The notes beneath the pieces are model-generated. The model saw only the letters and a program-made list of their open reading frames with translations. It ran no database searches and had not been told where the DNA came from. DNA of 64,000 nt from Spirochaetota bacterium (GTDB taxonomy: Bacteria > Spirochaetota > UBA4802 > JAKQUI01): the NCBI GenBank assembly GCA_029562645.1, contig JAKQUI010000005.1, forward strand, positions 327,961 to 391,960. Reading direction: 5' to 3'. Made by a program: the position numbers and the translations under genes. Positions 39,285-48,660 of this stretch are shown here, piece after piece (the first letter of the stretch is position 1; each line of letters opens with the position of its first letter).

Positions 39285-39864
39285 GGCGATGCGCCTCGAT
39301 GACGGCCGGTTCGACGATCTGCGATATCACACGGAGCGGTTCAACCGCTCGCGCCGCGAGCTCTTCGGCTGTGCGGACGAAATCGACCTCGCCGCGCGGA
39401 TCGCGGTCCCGGACGACTGCCGCGCCGGTCTGTACAAGTGCCGGGTGGTGTACGAGCGGGACATCATCGGCACGGAATTTGTCCCGTATCGCATGCGGAC
39501 CATACATCGATTGCAACTTGTTCGCGAGGATACGGTCGACTATACGTACAAGTACGACGACAAACGCGCGCTTGAGGCGCTTGTTGCCCGGCGCGGCGTC
39601 TGCGACGACGTCATCATCGTGAAGCGCGGATGCGTCACGGACGCCTCGTTCTGTAATCTCGCGTTTTACGACGGCGCGCGCTGGATCACGCCGGACACGC
39701 CGCTCCTCGCGGGAACGCGGCGCGCGCGCCTGCTCGAGGCGGGAAGGATCGTCGAAGGGCGTATCCGCCCAGGAGACCTGGGAGCGTATTCGACCGTCGC
39801 GATGATTAACGCCATGATTGATCTCGGACAACTGACAATCCCCATCGATGGTATTGTAGAGTAA
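39277..39864 (+). CDS. pabC: Class IV aminotransferase-fold protein, aminodeoxychorismate-lyase-like (short form)
   Basis: VIIVKRGCVTDASFCNLAFYDGARWITPDTPLLAGTRRARLLE matches the class-IV fold. It overlaps the pabB-like gene by 8 nt. Confidence 0.6.
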   Translation: MFEAMRLDDGRFDDLRYHTERFNRSRRELFGCADEIDLAARIAVPDDCRAGLYKCRVVYERDIIGTEFVPYRMRTIHRLQLVREDTVDYTYKYDDKRALEALVARRGVCDDVIIVKRGCVTDASFCNLAFYDGARWITPDTPLLAGTRRARLLEAGRIVEGRIRPGDLGAYSTVAMINAMIDLGQLTIPIDGIVE

Positions 39865-39970
39865 ATGATGAACGGCACCGCACCCCGCAACCGGCGAGAC
39901 CTGCGCCTCGTCCCCCGTTTTGTGATTCCCCGGGGAGCGGGCCGGGCGCACATTGTATCCTTGCCTGACC

Positions 39971-39994
39971 CCCCTTCTCCGGGGGGAGAAGGGG
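39971..39994. other. GC hairpin CCCCTTCTCC-gggg-GGAGAAGGGG, 21 nt upstream of the AOR start codon
   Basis: 10-bp perfect stem. It could be a pabC terminator or a 5'-UTR structure for AOR. Confidence 0.3.
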
Positions 39995-40014
39995 TCGGGG
40001 GATGAGGTAGCATC

Positions 40015-41766
40015 ATGCACGGCTGGACCGGAACCATAGTGCGAATTGACCTGACGGAGAAGACGTTTTCCGTCGAACATCCGTCATCCGACATCTACGA
40101 GCGATTTATCGGCGGTCGTGGTATGGCGGGCCACTACCTCATGCGCGACGGCACGCGCGCCTGGGACGATCCGGCGATGCCGCTCCTCTTGTTCACCGGA
40201 CCGCTGGTGGACACGCCCACGCCCACCTCGGGGCGCATGTGCGTCATGAGCCGCTCGCCGCTCACGGGCGCCATCTGCGACACCTCCGTGGGCGGAAGGC
40301 TCGGCACGCAGCTCAAGCGCGCGGGGTTCGACGGCGTCGTGATCGCGGGAAAAAGCGATGCGCCCTGCGGCATCGAGATCCGCGACGGCGCGATCACCTT
40401 TACGGACGCCGCGCACCTTCGCGGGAAAACGGTAAGCGAGACGCGTGCGGCCATCGGCGATGCCGGTTCCTGCGCGGTCATTGGGTCGGCGGCGGAGAAC
40501 GGCGTCCTCTACGCGAGCATCATGGTGGACGGGCATTTCTGCTCTGGGCGCGGCGGCCTGGGCCTGGTGATGGCGTCGAAAAACCTGAAATACCTCGCGG
40601 TGAGCGGAACGGGAAAGACGCCGGTCGCCGACCGCGACGAGATCGCCGCGGCGCGCGAGGAGATCAACCGCCTCGCCGCGGCCTCGCCCATCCTGCTGGG
40701 CGAGCTCGGGATCGCGCACTACGGCACGGGCGCCCTCTACGATCTCATGGACAGCCGGCGCATGATGCCCACCGACAACTTCCGCGCGACCCATTTCGCC
40801 GCCGCCGCTTCCATGAACGCGCATGCCTACAAAACGCGCTATGCCACGAAGCGAACGGGCTGCACCGGCTGCGCCATTCTCTGCAAGAAGATCGGCGCCA
40901 ACAAGGAAATCATCCCCGAGTTCGAGACGATGTCGCACTTCAGCGCGCTTATCGGGAATGTCGATCCCGACGCCGTGATCGAGGCGAACCGCGTCTGCAA
41001 CGAGGCGGGAATGGACACCATCACCGCCGCGGTCACGATCGCCTGCCACCTCGAGATCACCGGCCGCTCGCTCTCGCCGGACGCGCTCATTGAATTGTTG
41101 AACGACATCGCGCATGCGCGGGGTGACGGTGCGGCGCTCGCGATGGGATCGCACCGCTATGCGGCCGCGCAGGGGCGTCCGGAGGTTTCCATCAGCGTGA
41201 AAAAAATGGAGCTTCCCGCCTACGATCCGCGCGGGGCCTACGGGATGGCGCTCGCCTACGCCGTGTCCACGCGCGGGGCCTGCCACCTGCGCGCGTACCC
41301 GATATCGCACGAACTCCTGCGCAAGCCCGTCGCGACCGACCGTTTCAGCTGGAGCGGCAAGGCGCGCATCATCAAGATCGCCGAGGACGCGAACGCGACG
41401 ATCGATTCGCTCACGGCCTGCAAGTTCCTCTTCTTCGCCGCGAGCCTCGAGGAATACGCGCGCGCCTATTGCGGCGCGACCGGCGCGCGCGCGACGGCGC
41501 AGGACCTGCTCGCGGCCGGCGAGCGCATCTATTATACGGAGCGCATTATGAATGCGGCGAACGGCTTTTCCGCGGACGACGACGATCTGCCGCCGCGCTT
41601 TTTTGCGGAGCCGGGGACCGGCGGGGGCGGCATCGCCATCGCCCCGCTGGGTCGCGGGGAGTTCCTCGCGGCGCGCGCGCGGTATTACCGGATCCGCGGG
41701 CTGGACGGGCGAGGGATGCCCACCGAAGAAAAATGCCGGGAGCTCGGGATCGAATGGAACGGCTGA
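40015..41766 (+). CDS. Aldehyde:ferredoxin oxidoreductase family (tungsto/molybdo-pterin) enzyme
   Basis: MHGWTGTIVRIDLTEKTFSVEHPSSDIYERFIGGRGMAGHYL...GFDGVVIAGKS is collinear with the AOR N-domain. 583 aa. Confidence 0.85.
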   Translation: MHGWTGTIVRIDLTEKTFSVEHPSSDIYERFIGGRGMAGHYLMRDGTRAWDDPAMPLLLFTGPLVDTPTPTSGRMCVMSRSPLTGAICDTSVGGRLGTQLKRAGFDGVVIAGKSDAPCGIEIRDGAITFTDAAHLRGKTVSETRAAIGDAGSCAVIGSAAENGVLYASIMVDGHFCSGRGGLGLVMASKNLKYLAVSGTGKTPVADRDEIAAAREEINRLAAASPILLGELGIAHYGTGALYDLMDSRRMMPTDNFRATHFAAAASMNAHAYKTRYATKRTGCTGCAILCKKIGANKEIIPEFETMSHFSALIGNVDPDAVIEANRVCNEAGMDTITAAVTIACHLEITGRSLSPDALIELLNDIAHARGDGAALAMGSHRYAAAQGRPEVSISVKKMELPAYDPRGAYGMALAYAVSTRGACHLRAYPISHELLRKPVATDRFSWSGKARIIKIAEDANATIDSLTACKFLFFAASLEEYARAYCGATGARATAQDLLAAGERIYYTERIMNAANGFSADDDDLPPRFFAEPGTGGGGIAIAPLGRGEFLAARARYYRIRGLDGRGMPTEEKCRELGIEWNG

Positions 41767-42929
41767 TACGCAAATACGAGGACAAGCTCGTCGCGCACGG
41801 CCTGTGCGATCCTGGGGCGCCACTCATCGGATCGCGCGACGAGGCCGTGCTCTGGAACCGCGACGATGCGCTCGTCCCGGCCATGGAGGAGGTGTTCGCG
41901 GGCCTGAACATCGCGAGCCTGCTCTTCGCGCGACCGGCCGAGCCGTTCTTTTCGATCATGGAGCGCGTCGCGCATTCGCCGGAGGCGCGCGCGGGCTGCA
42001 TCCGCCCGCAGGACTCCGAGACGCGCACCTTTCTGCACGACATCCCCGTGCTGGACGCGTTCGTCCCGCGCGACATCATCGCCACGCTCAAGCGGCGCAA
42101 GTGCGTGGTGGTGCGCAGTCACGGCATCGTGACCTACGGCACGGTGAGCCCCGAGCAGGCCTTCGTGTTCTTCAGCTCGGTGTGCTTTTCCATATACGTG
42201 AAATTTTTTGCGGATTATCGCGACGCCGTGCGGGCGGGAACGGCGGATGCCGCGGACCGGGCGGTCGTCGAGCGCGCACTTGCGTCCTACGAGTCGTTCG
42301 TCGCGCGCATCCCCGAATCGCCGCGACTCATGCGCGGTCCCTTCACGGAACCGGACGACTGCCTCGCGGCCATCGTCGAGGCGGGCAGGATGACGGTCGA
42401 GTGTCGGATGGTCGATTCGTTCTTCGGCAACATATCGTATCGGCTCGGCGACACGGTCTACATCAGCCAGACGGGAAGCTCGCTGGACGAGCTCGGCGGG
42501 ATGATCGACCCGTGCCCGATGGACAACTCCTCGTGCGCGGCCATCACCGCCTCCAGCGAGCTCTCGGCGCACCGCGGAATCTACCGCGATCCCGGCGTCG
42601 CCGCAATCCTGCACGGGCATCCGAAGTTTGCGGTGATCGCGTCGCTCGATTGCGACGACGATGCGTGCGCGCACCGCGGCCGCTGTCATGTGGAGTGCGC
42701 GCGGGAGCGCTTCGTGGGAGACGTGCCCATCGTGCCCGGGGAGGTGGGGACCGGGCCGCACGGCCTGTGCAATACCCTGCCTCCGGCAATGAGGGGTCGG
42801 CGCGGCGCGATCGTCTTCGGGCACGGTCTCTTCACGACCGGCGCGGCGGACTTCACCGACGCCTTCGCGAGCCTCGTTTCCGTCGAACGGATGTGCCTGG
42901 AGGAGTACCGGCAGACCATCACCGGGTAG
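41754..42929 (+). CDS. Class II aldolase/adducin-family protein (tandem/duplicated domain)
   Basis: C-terminal half has FFGNISYRLGD, TGSS, LHGHP and FGHGLFTTG, the class-II aldolase phosphate- and Zn-ligand pattern. The N-terminal half is a degenerate copy. The start MERLIRKYED overlaps the AOR 3' end by 13 nt. Confidence 0.55.
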   Translation: MERLIRKYEDKLVAHGLCDPGAPLIGSRDEAVLWNRDDALVPAMEEVFAGLNIASLLFARPAEPFFSIMERVAHSPEARAGCIRPQDSETRTFLHDIPVLDAFVPRDIIATLKRRKCVVVRSHGIVTYGTVSPEQAFVFFSSVCFSIYVKFFADYRDAVRAGTADAADRAVVERALASYESFVARIPESPRLMRGPFTEPDDCLAAIVEAGRMTVECRMVDSFFGNISYRLGDTVYISQTGSSLDELGGMIDPCPMDNSSCAAITASSELSAHRGIYRDPGVAAILHGHPKFAVIASLDCDDDACAHRGRCHVECARERFVGDVPIVPGEVGTGPHGLCNTLPPAMRGRRGAIVFGHGLFTTGAADFTDAFASLVSVERMCLEEYRQTITG

Positions 42930-43115
42930 AGTGATCGTTTTCTTGGTTGTACCCATCTCGATAGCGCCGTCCGGCGCTGCATTGAAAATGTGTTGTCATA
43001 TGCGCCCATTTCGTCTATTGAAGGAAAAGCACGGGAACGAAGGCGAAACCGTACTTGTAGCGGAGGCATCGCGGATTGAGGCGCGGAATACGTCCCTCGA
43101 CCTCCAGCGAGCCGG

Positions 43116-43748
43116 ATGACGCGATCACAATTTGCGGAAACCACTGGTGCAATGGCAATGAAGGCCCCGCCTGCGAAAAAAACGAAACCCGTTAAGCGTT
43201 TTATCAATCCCGAGAGCGGGCGATGCGTGTTGTGCGGGAGGGAATACAAAAATCTCGCGCGGCACATGGCCACACGACACAAGGCGATGCCGCCATTTCG
43301 CCTACGGCTTGGTTTTTACGGTCGGTGGCTGTGCAGTATTTTCATCATGCTGGCGACATCGATGATAATTCTCCTTCTGCCGATCGGCGACACCGCCCAT
43401 CTCGTGATCAGCGTCATCGTCGGTATCGGATTCATGTACTATTACATCTTCGCGGCGCTCGCCAATTGGCCGGGTGACGACGATCCGCTCGAGCCGGTAA
43501 AACTATCATATCCCATAATGATGTTGTTGCTATGGACGTTTGGGTGGTCGATTGAATCGGTGATCGGCAGGGACCTCGAGGGAGGGGTTCGTCTGCTGGA
43601 ACACTCTATCCGGCACCAGAACCTGAGCGCTATCCGATGGAGACCGATCGCGTGCATGGTCTTCGTCCCGGCGATGTGGATCGCGGGCGTAACGCTGTGG
43701 GAGCTAGGTCTTCTGTACCGTACAAAAGCTCGTGGTAATCGCCTATAG
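43116..43748 (+). CDS. Hypothetical zinc-ribbon/polytopic membrane protein in a lower-GC islet
   Basis: CVLCGREYKNLARH followed by several TM helices. Lower G+C than the flanks. Confidence 0.45.
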   Translation: MTRSQFAETTGAMAMKAPPAKKTKPVKRFINPESGRCVLCGREYKNLARHMATRHKAMPPFRLRLGFYGRWLCSIFIMLATSMIILLLPIGDTAHLVISVIVGIGFMYYYIFAALANWPGDDDPLEPVKLSYPIMMLLLWTFGWSIESVIGRDLEGGVRLLEHSIRHQNLSAIRWRPIACMVFVPAMWIAGVTLWELGLLYRTKARGNRL

Positions 43749-43817
43749 CGCCTGCGTACGGTGACGAAACGAGTGCGGGGACGCTCGCTGTTTGATGATG
43801 ACGAAGCGCGCGAAAGG

Positions 43818-44639
43818 CTATCGCATCCCGCCGTCTGTGGCCGGTGTGAATCTGTGGTTACGCAGAAGCTCCTTTCCGCCGGCGCTCATGAGATAGACCA
43901 GCAGGGCGCGGCCGGCCGGGCACTCGTTCTTTTCGTTCACGTACAGATAGAGCGTCCTGAATCCGGGATGCCGCTTCATGGCGGCGGGGTCCGTGGGATG
44001 ACCCGCAATCTTCAGTTCCTTCACCTCGGGATTGAGAAAGGCGCGGCTGATATAGCCGATCGCCCCCGGCTCATGCGCCACCGTCGAGAGCGACTCGCTG
44101 TTCGACCGCGCGCGGAGGCTGCCGCTCGCGCAGGGGCCGTCGCGCATGAACCGCTTGCTCCAGACGGCGCCGGTGCCGGAACCCTCGTCGCGGCATACGG
44201 GCTTGATGGGCAGATCGGGGCCGCGCAGCTCTTTCCACGATGCGACCGTTCCCGCGAAGATGCCCCGAAGCGCGTCCGGGGCGATCTCGCCGAGCGGGTT
44301 CGAGGGATGGACGATCGGGATAACGAGATCGTATCCGATCGCGATCTCCCTGACGCGAATCCCCTTTTTCGCGAGCGCGTCGATCTCCTGCGGGGCGAGC
44401 CGGTAGGACGAGTCGCAGATGTCGCAGGCGCCGTCGAGGAGCGACCGGTATCCCCCGACCGATCCCGTCGCGCTGAGCTCGACGGCCTCCCGGTTCGCGC
44501 GGGAGAGCGAAGCGAGCGCGGCGGTCATGATCGGGTACAGTGTCGTCGATCCGCATATCCGCACCGGACAGACGCCGGGCGTGGGTTTGCAGGACAGCAG
44601 GAAAATCGCTCCGATGATTCCGCTTAAAAGAATGCGCAT
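43818..44639 (-). CDS. Periplasmic phosphate-binding (PstS-family-like) lipoprotein
   Basis: ICGSTTLYPIMTAALASL...YDLVIPIVHPSNP is a PBP-like fold of the PstS type. Signal peptide with Cys. Confidence 0.6.
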   Translation of the reverse strand: MRILLSGIIGAIFLLSCKPTPGVCPVRICGSTTLYPIMTAALASLSRANREAVELSATGSVGGYRSLLDGACDICDSSYRLAPQEIDALAKKGIRVREIAIGYDLVIPIVHPSNPLGEIAPDALRGIFAGTVASWKELRGPDLPIKPVCRDEGSGTGAVWSKRFMRDGPCASGSLRARSNSESLSTVAHEPGAIGYISRAFLNPEVKELKIAGHPTDPAAMKRHPGFRTLYLYVNEKNECPAGRALLVYLMSAGGKELLRNHRFTPATDGGMR

Positions 44640-44753
44640 GGGACGCTCCAGGATGTGGTATCGAGCGGCGCGCGGACGCTCTGTATCACGGACGGCGGTT
44701 TTCGCGAAAAGTCAAACGATTATCGGGCCAATCGCGTAAAAACCGGCCGCGCG

Positions 44754-45638
44754 CTATCGCCGTTTTCCCGGTCGTCCGGCGGGCGCGATGAGGTCCTGAT
44801 ACAGCTCGGCGATCGTGCCGAGGAGCCGGGTGCGCGCCGCGTCGCGTTCCGCGAAGTCCACCGTGTACTCGACGGCCAGGACCCATTTCCCGGCGTCGAT
44901 GTCGATGCGCAGCGAGAGCGCCGACACGCCGGGCAGGTTGCGTTCGATGGACGCGCGGATACGCTCCATGGGCGCGGCCCAGTCGCGCGGGGGCGTCTCG
45001 AGCGGGATCCGGATGGCGTCGGCAATGACGCCGCGACCGAAGTTGACGATGGGATGATCCAGCAGGGTCTTGTTGGGGATACGCACCACGCGCTCCGTGA
45101 CGTCCGGGCAGGGCCGCACCGACAGGTACATGGTGCCGATGCGGCTCACCAGGCCCGTGGTGTCGCCGATGCGAATGCCGTCCCCGATGCGCACCGGGTT
45201 TTTCAGGATGATGATGATCCATACGAGATACGACATGATGAGCTCGCGCATAGCCAGCGCGATCCCGGTGGCCACCAGGCCCACGAAGAGGGTGAGGTTC
45301 TGGAAGGACAACCCCAGGTGGACCAGCAGGAATAAAACCGGGATGAGGTAGAGCGCCCCCTTGTACAGCTTGGTGAGCAGAATGCGCTGCTCGATCTCCA
45401 CCTCGCCCTCGAGGAAGTGGAACACGCGGTTCTCGGTGAAACGCAGGATGACGTTCACCACCAGGAACCCGATGATGACGATCGAGAGCGTCCGCGCCGC
45501 CGTGATGATCTCCGGCGGGACGGGATAGAACCCCAGCAGGTTGACCAGGTAGACCGCTTCGTCCATGAACAGGATGGCGATCAGGAGCGCGATGCGGCGG
45601 TTGATGCGGGCGTTCGCGTTGAAGGGCAGCTTCATCAT
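44754..45638 (-). CDS. Small-conductance mechanosensitive channel MscS family
   Basis: Three TM helices, then GDGIRIGDTTGLVSRIGTMYLSV (the MscS beta-domain). The start MMKLPF gives a 4-nt overlap with the upstream gene. Confidence 0.75.
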   Translation of the reverse strand: MMKLPFNANARINRRIALLIAILFMDEAVYLVNLLGFYPVPPEIITAARTLSIVIIGFLVVNVILRFTENRVFHFLEGEVEIEQRILLTKLYKGALYLIPVLFLLVHLGLSFQNLTLFVGLVATGIALAMRELIMSYLVWIIIILKNPVRIGDGIRIGDTTGLVSRIGTMYLSVRPCPDVTERVVRIPNKTLLDHPIVNFGRGVIADAIRIPLETPPRDWAAPMERIRASIERNLPGVSALSLRIDIDAGKWVLAVEYTVDFAERDAARTRLLGTIAELYQDLIAPAGRPGKRR

Positions 45639-46729
45639 AGGTCTTTGAAGAGCGATTTTTCGACGTCCGCAATGCAGCGATCGAGACGGGTTTTGTCGAT
45701 GAGGCTCACGGTGGCGCGGTCGGTGAACGAGGCGGTGAACAGGAGCGCCCCGCCCTCGAACTCCCACCGGCCGATGTACATCTCCTCGTTCGCGTACACC
45801 GGCTCGCCCGCGACGCTGCGCATGAAGCGCAGGAGATCGACGATGTATCGCTGATCGGCGTCCGGCCGATAGACGACGATCTCGTAGGCCGCATCGGCGT
45901 TGTCGAAGGACACGCGGATCTCGCTCCGGTCGGCGAGCCGCGCGGTGACGATCGCCCGGCCGTTGCGGCATTTCCCCGGGGCCGTGTCGGCGCCGGGACG
46001 CGCGCCGAGCCGTGCGAGCGTGGACACCACGGCCGCGCGCGTATCGCCCAGGCGAAACTCCGCGAAGCGGAGCGTGGCCGGGGCCGATCCCGCGCGGGGG
46101 ACGAAGAGCGCCTTGAAGGCGTCGTAGCGCGTGCGCAGCGATTCACCCTGCATCCGTTCGTCGGCCGCGATGTCGCGGTAGGTGATGGCGACGCCGGTCG
46201 CAGTGTACTCGGCGTTGATGCCGTAGCGCCTGTTCTGCAGCCGCCACACCGCGCGCCAGATGAACCCGCGGTTCGCGCCGCCGCTCTCGACGGTGGTTTT
46301 CCCGTACTTGTTCTCCAGGAAGTTGAGCAGCTTGCTCAGGTAGATGGAGTCCTTGTCGCGCCCCAACAGCGTGGTGATGGCGTAGAGGGTCCCGGCGGCG
46401 TTGAAGCGCAGGATCACGCGCTCGTTGTTCTGCTCGTTCTGGGTGATGGTGATGGCGTTCGCGGCGGCGTCGTGCTGCGCGTCCATGCCCCGGTAGGAGG
46501 CCGCGATGATGCCGCGCGCCTCGGCGATCGACTGGCCGAGGCGGAACTCGCGGTAGCCGAGGCCGGTCTCCGCCGCCCCCGCGCCGGGGAGTGCGAGCAT
46601 GACGAGCAAGCAGCCGACGGCGGCGGTACGGCCCGACGGGCGGGCGCGGGTGTGGTTTCGAGCGCGCATACGCGGCCAGCACAGCACCGGCATCATAAAA
46701 TGGCCATAATTTTTTTGTTGATATTCCAT
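45635..46729 (-). CDS. Hypothetical exported protein with internal duplication
   Basis: Signal peptide. Two similar roughly 150-aa halves (LGYREFRLGQSIAEARGII / LRFAEFRLGDTRAAVVSTL). Confidence 0.55.
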   Translation of the reverse strand: MEYQQKNYGHFMMPVLCWPRMRARNHTRARPSGRTAAVGCLLVMLALPGAGAAETGLGYREFRLGQSIAEARGIIAASYRGMDAQHDAAANAITITQNEQNNERVILRFNAAGTLYAITTLLGRDKDSIYLSKLLNFLENKYGKTTVESGGANRGFIWRAVWRLQNRRYGINAEYTATGVAITYRDIAADERMQGESLRTRYDAFKALFVPRAGSAPATLRFAEFRLGDTRAAVVSTLARLGARPGADTAPGKCRNGRAIVTARLADRSEIRVSFDNADAAYEIVVYRPDADQRYIVDLLRFMRSVAGEPVYANEEMYIGRWEFEGGALLFTASFTDRATVSLIDKTRLDRCIADVEKSLFKDL

Positions 46730-46795
46730 GACGCTGAATATTTACTCAACTCGGGTCGATACTATATATAGACGGCGCGTCAGGCGGAATAGACC

Positions 46796-48283
46796 ATGAT
46801 CAACACCTCGGAACTCACCGACCGGCTCATCGACGGCGGGACGGACATCACCCTCGCATTCAAGCATCCCGACGATCGCACGATCATCGCGATCTCGGCG
46901 CTGGTGTCCAAGATCCTGTCGCGGCTCGATCGCGTCTTCTTCATCGACTCGCTCATCATCATCGTGAAGGAGATCGTGCTCAACGCCTACAAGGCCAATG
47001 CGAAGCGCTGGTACTTCAGCTCGCGCGGGCTCGATATCGCCGATCCGGAGCAGTACGCCGCCGGCATGGCGAGGTTCGATCACGAGGTGGTCCGGAACCT
47101 GGAGCGCATCCGCGACGATATGGAGCGCAGCGACTATACGATCACCCTGGTGATCAGCAAGCGCCCGGAGGGGATCATCCTGTCGATAACCAACAATGTC
47201 CCCATCCTTCCCGACGAGCTGGAGCGGGTGCGGGCGCGCCTCCGCAAGGCCGGCGACTTCGACAACCTGCGCGACGTGTACACGTCCCTCTACGACACCA
47301 CCGAGGGCGCCGGGATGGGGATCATCCTGTCGAGCCTGCTCTTGCGGCATTACGGCATCGACGCATCGAGCCTGACCGTCACCCCCGGAGAGAATTCGGT
47401 GACCACGTCCCTTACGGTGCCCTACGAGTTCCGCCCGCGCGAGGTGGTCTCTATCATCCGCGACCGGATCGTCGCGGCGATCGAGGGCCTGCCCACATTT
47501 CCCAAGAACATCGTGGAGCTGCAGGGCATGTGCGCCGACCCGTCCGTGGCCATCGAGGCCATCGCGGAACGCATCACGCACGACCCCTGCCTCTCCGCGG
47601 AGATCCTCAAGGTGGCGAACTCGGCGGGCTTCGTCACGCGCAAGCGCATCGAGACGGTCCACGAGGCGCTCATGATCATCGGCATCAAGAACCTGCAGAC
47701 GATCCTCGTGGTGACCGCGGCGCGGAAGATCCTGGCGCAGCGCTATCACAAGTTCGAGGAGCTGTGGGAGCATTGCACCAAGACCGCGTTTTACGCGCGC
47801 CGGATCGCGCACGCGCTCAAGCTGGGCGCCGCGGCCGACCACGCCTTCCTGGCCGGCCTCCTGCATGACATCGGCAAGATCGTCCTGCTCTCGACCGATC
47901 TCACGCTCGTCAACCAGATCGCCGATCTCGTCGCCAACCGCAAGGTGCGCGCCTCGACCATCATCGAGGAGGCGACCGTGGGGATCAGCCATGGCGCCAT
48001 CGGGGAGCTCATCGCCCGGAAGTGGAATTTCCCGGCGTTCCTCATCGAGGCGATCCGGGATCATCACACCCCGCTCAATGCGCCTCCGGAGTATTCCGTC
48101 TCGGTGTCGGTGGTGTACCTGGCGAACATGCTGGTGAACATCGAATCGAACGACTGCGCGTATTCATACGTCGAGACGCAGGTGCTCGAGCGCTTCGGGA
48201 TCGCCGGCGAGGACGCCTTTAACGCCCTGCACGACCAGATCCGGACCGAATACGCCGAGCATTCGGCGGCGATGAACGCGTAG
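46796..48283 (+). CDS. HDOD-domain signalling protein with N-terminal HATPase-like domain
   Basis: N-terminal region has a G2-box-like TTEGAGMGIILS. The C-terminal HDOD has LPTFPKNIVELQGMCADP...GLLHDIGK. Confidence 0.7.
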   Translation: MINTSELTDRLIDGGTDITLAFKHPDDRTIIAISALVSKILSRLDRVFFIDSLIIIVKEIVLNAYKANAKRWYFSSRGLDIADPEQYAAGMARFDHEVVRNLERIRDDMERSDYTITLVISKRPEGIILSITNNVPILPDELERVRARLRKAGDFDNLRDVYTSLYDTTEGAGMGIILSSLLLRHYGIDASSLTVTPGENSVTTSLTVPYEFRPREVVSIIRDRIVAAIEGLPTFPKNIVELQGMCADPSVAIEAIAERITHDPCLSAEILKVANSAGFVTRKRIETVHEALMIIGIKNLQTILVVTAARKILAQRYHKFEELWEHCTKTAFYARRIAHALKLGAAADHAFLAGLLHDIGKIVLLSTDLTLVNQIADLVANRKVRASTIIEEATVGISHGAIGELIARKWNFPAFLIEAIRDHHTPLNAPPEYSVSVSVVYLANMLVNIESNDCAYSYVETQVLERFGIAGEDAFNALHDQIRTEYAEHSAAMNA

Positions 48284-48299
48284 GCAGGGGCCAATCCGC

Positions 48300-48617
48300 T
48301 CAGACCAATTTCTCAATCACCGCGTCGAAATCGAAATTGCTCTCAACGAACGCTAAAAACTCCTCATCGCTCATGAGCGACTCGAACACGACCGGGTTGA
48401 AGATGTCCGCCGTGGCGTCTTCCTTGCGATAGATGAAGGTCAGGTTTGCCCGATCGTATGAAAGCCGTTCCAGCCCGACAGAACGCCCGTCCGTGTACAC
48501 CTTGCCGCTCTTGAGGATCTGCGCGACCGTATGTGCCTGATGCGGTTCCATGATAGAGTGCACCGTTCCGGTATTGTGACTGATTCTCAAGGTAACCCCG
48601 GAAACGGCGCATTTCAA
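48300..48617 (-). CDS. Hypothetical small protein (105 aa)
   Basis: ORF with moderate G+C. No motif. Confidence 0.35.
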   Translation of the reverse strand: MKCAVSGVTLRISHNTGTVHSIMEPHQAHTVAQILKSGKVYTDGRSVGLERLSYDRANLTFIYRKEDATADIFNPVVFESLMSDEEFLAFVESNFDFDAVIEKLV

Positions 48618-48660
48618 ATTTTTTCGCCGCCATCGGGCGTTTTCGCGAGCCCGTGAGGCG

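Noticed and set aside
40084-41823. 579-aa minus-strand ORF and other long antisense ORFs (49162-50910, 55699-57579, 4029-4949, 7131-8000)
   Set aside because: Each lies opposite a gene with clear family motifs. Their translations are compositionally biased, with no motifs.
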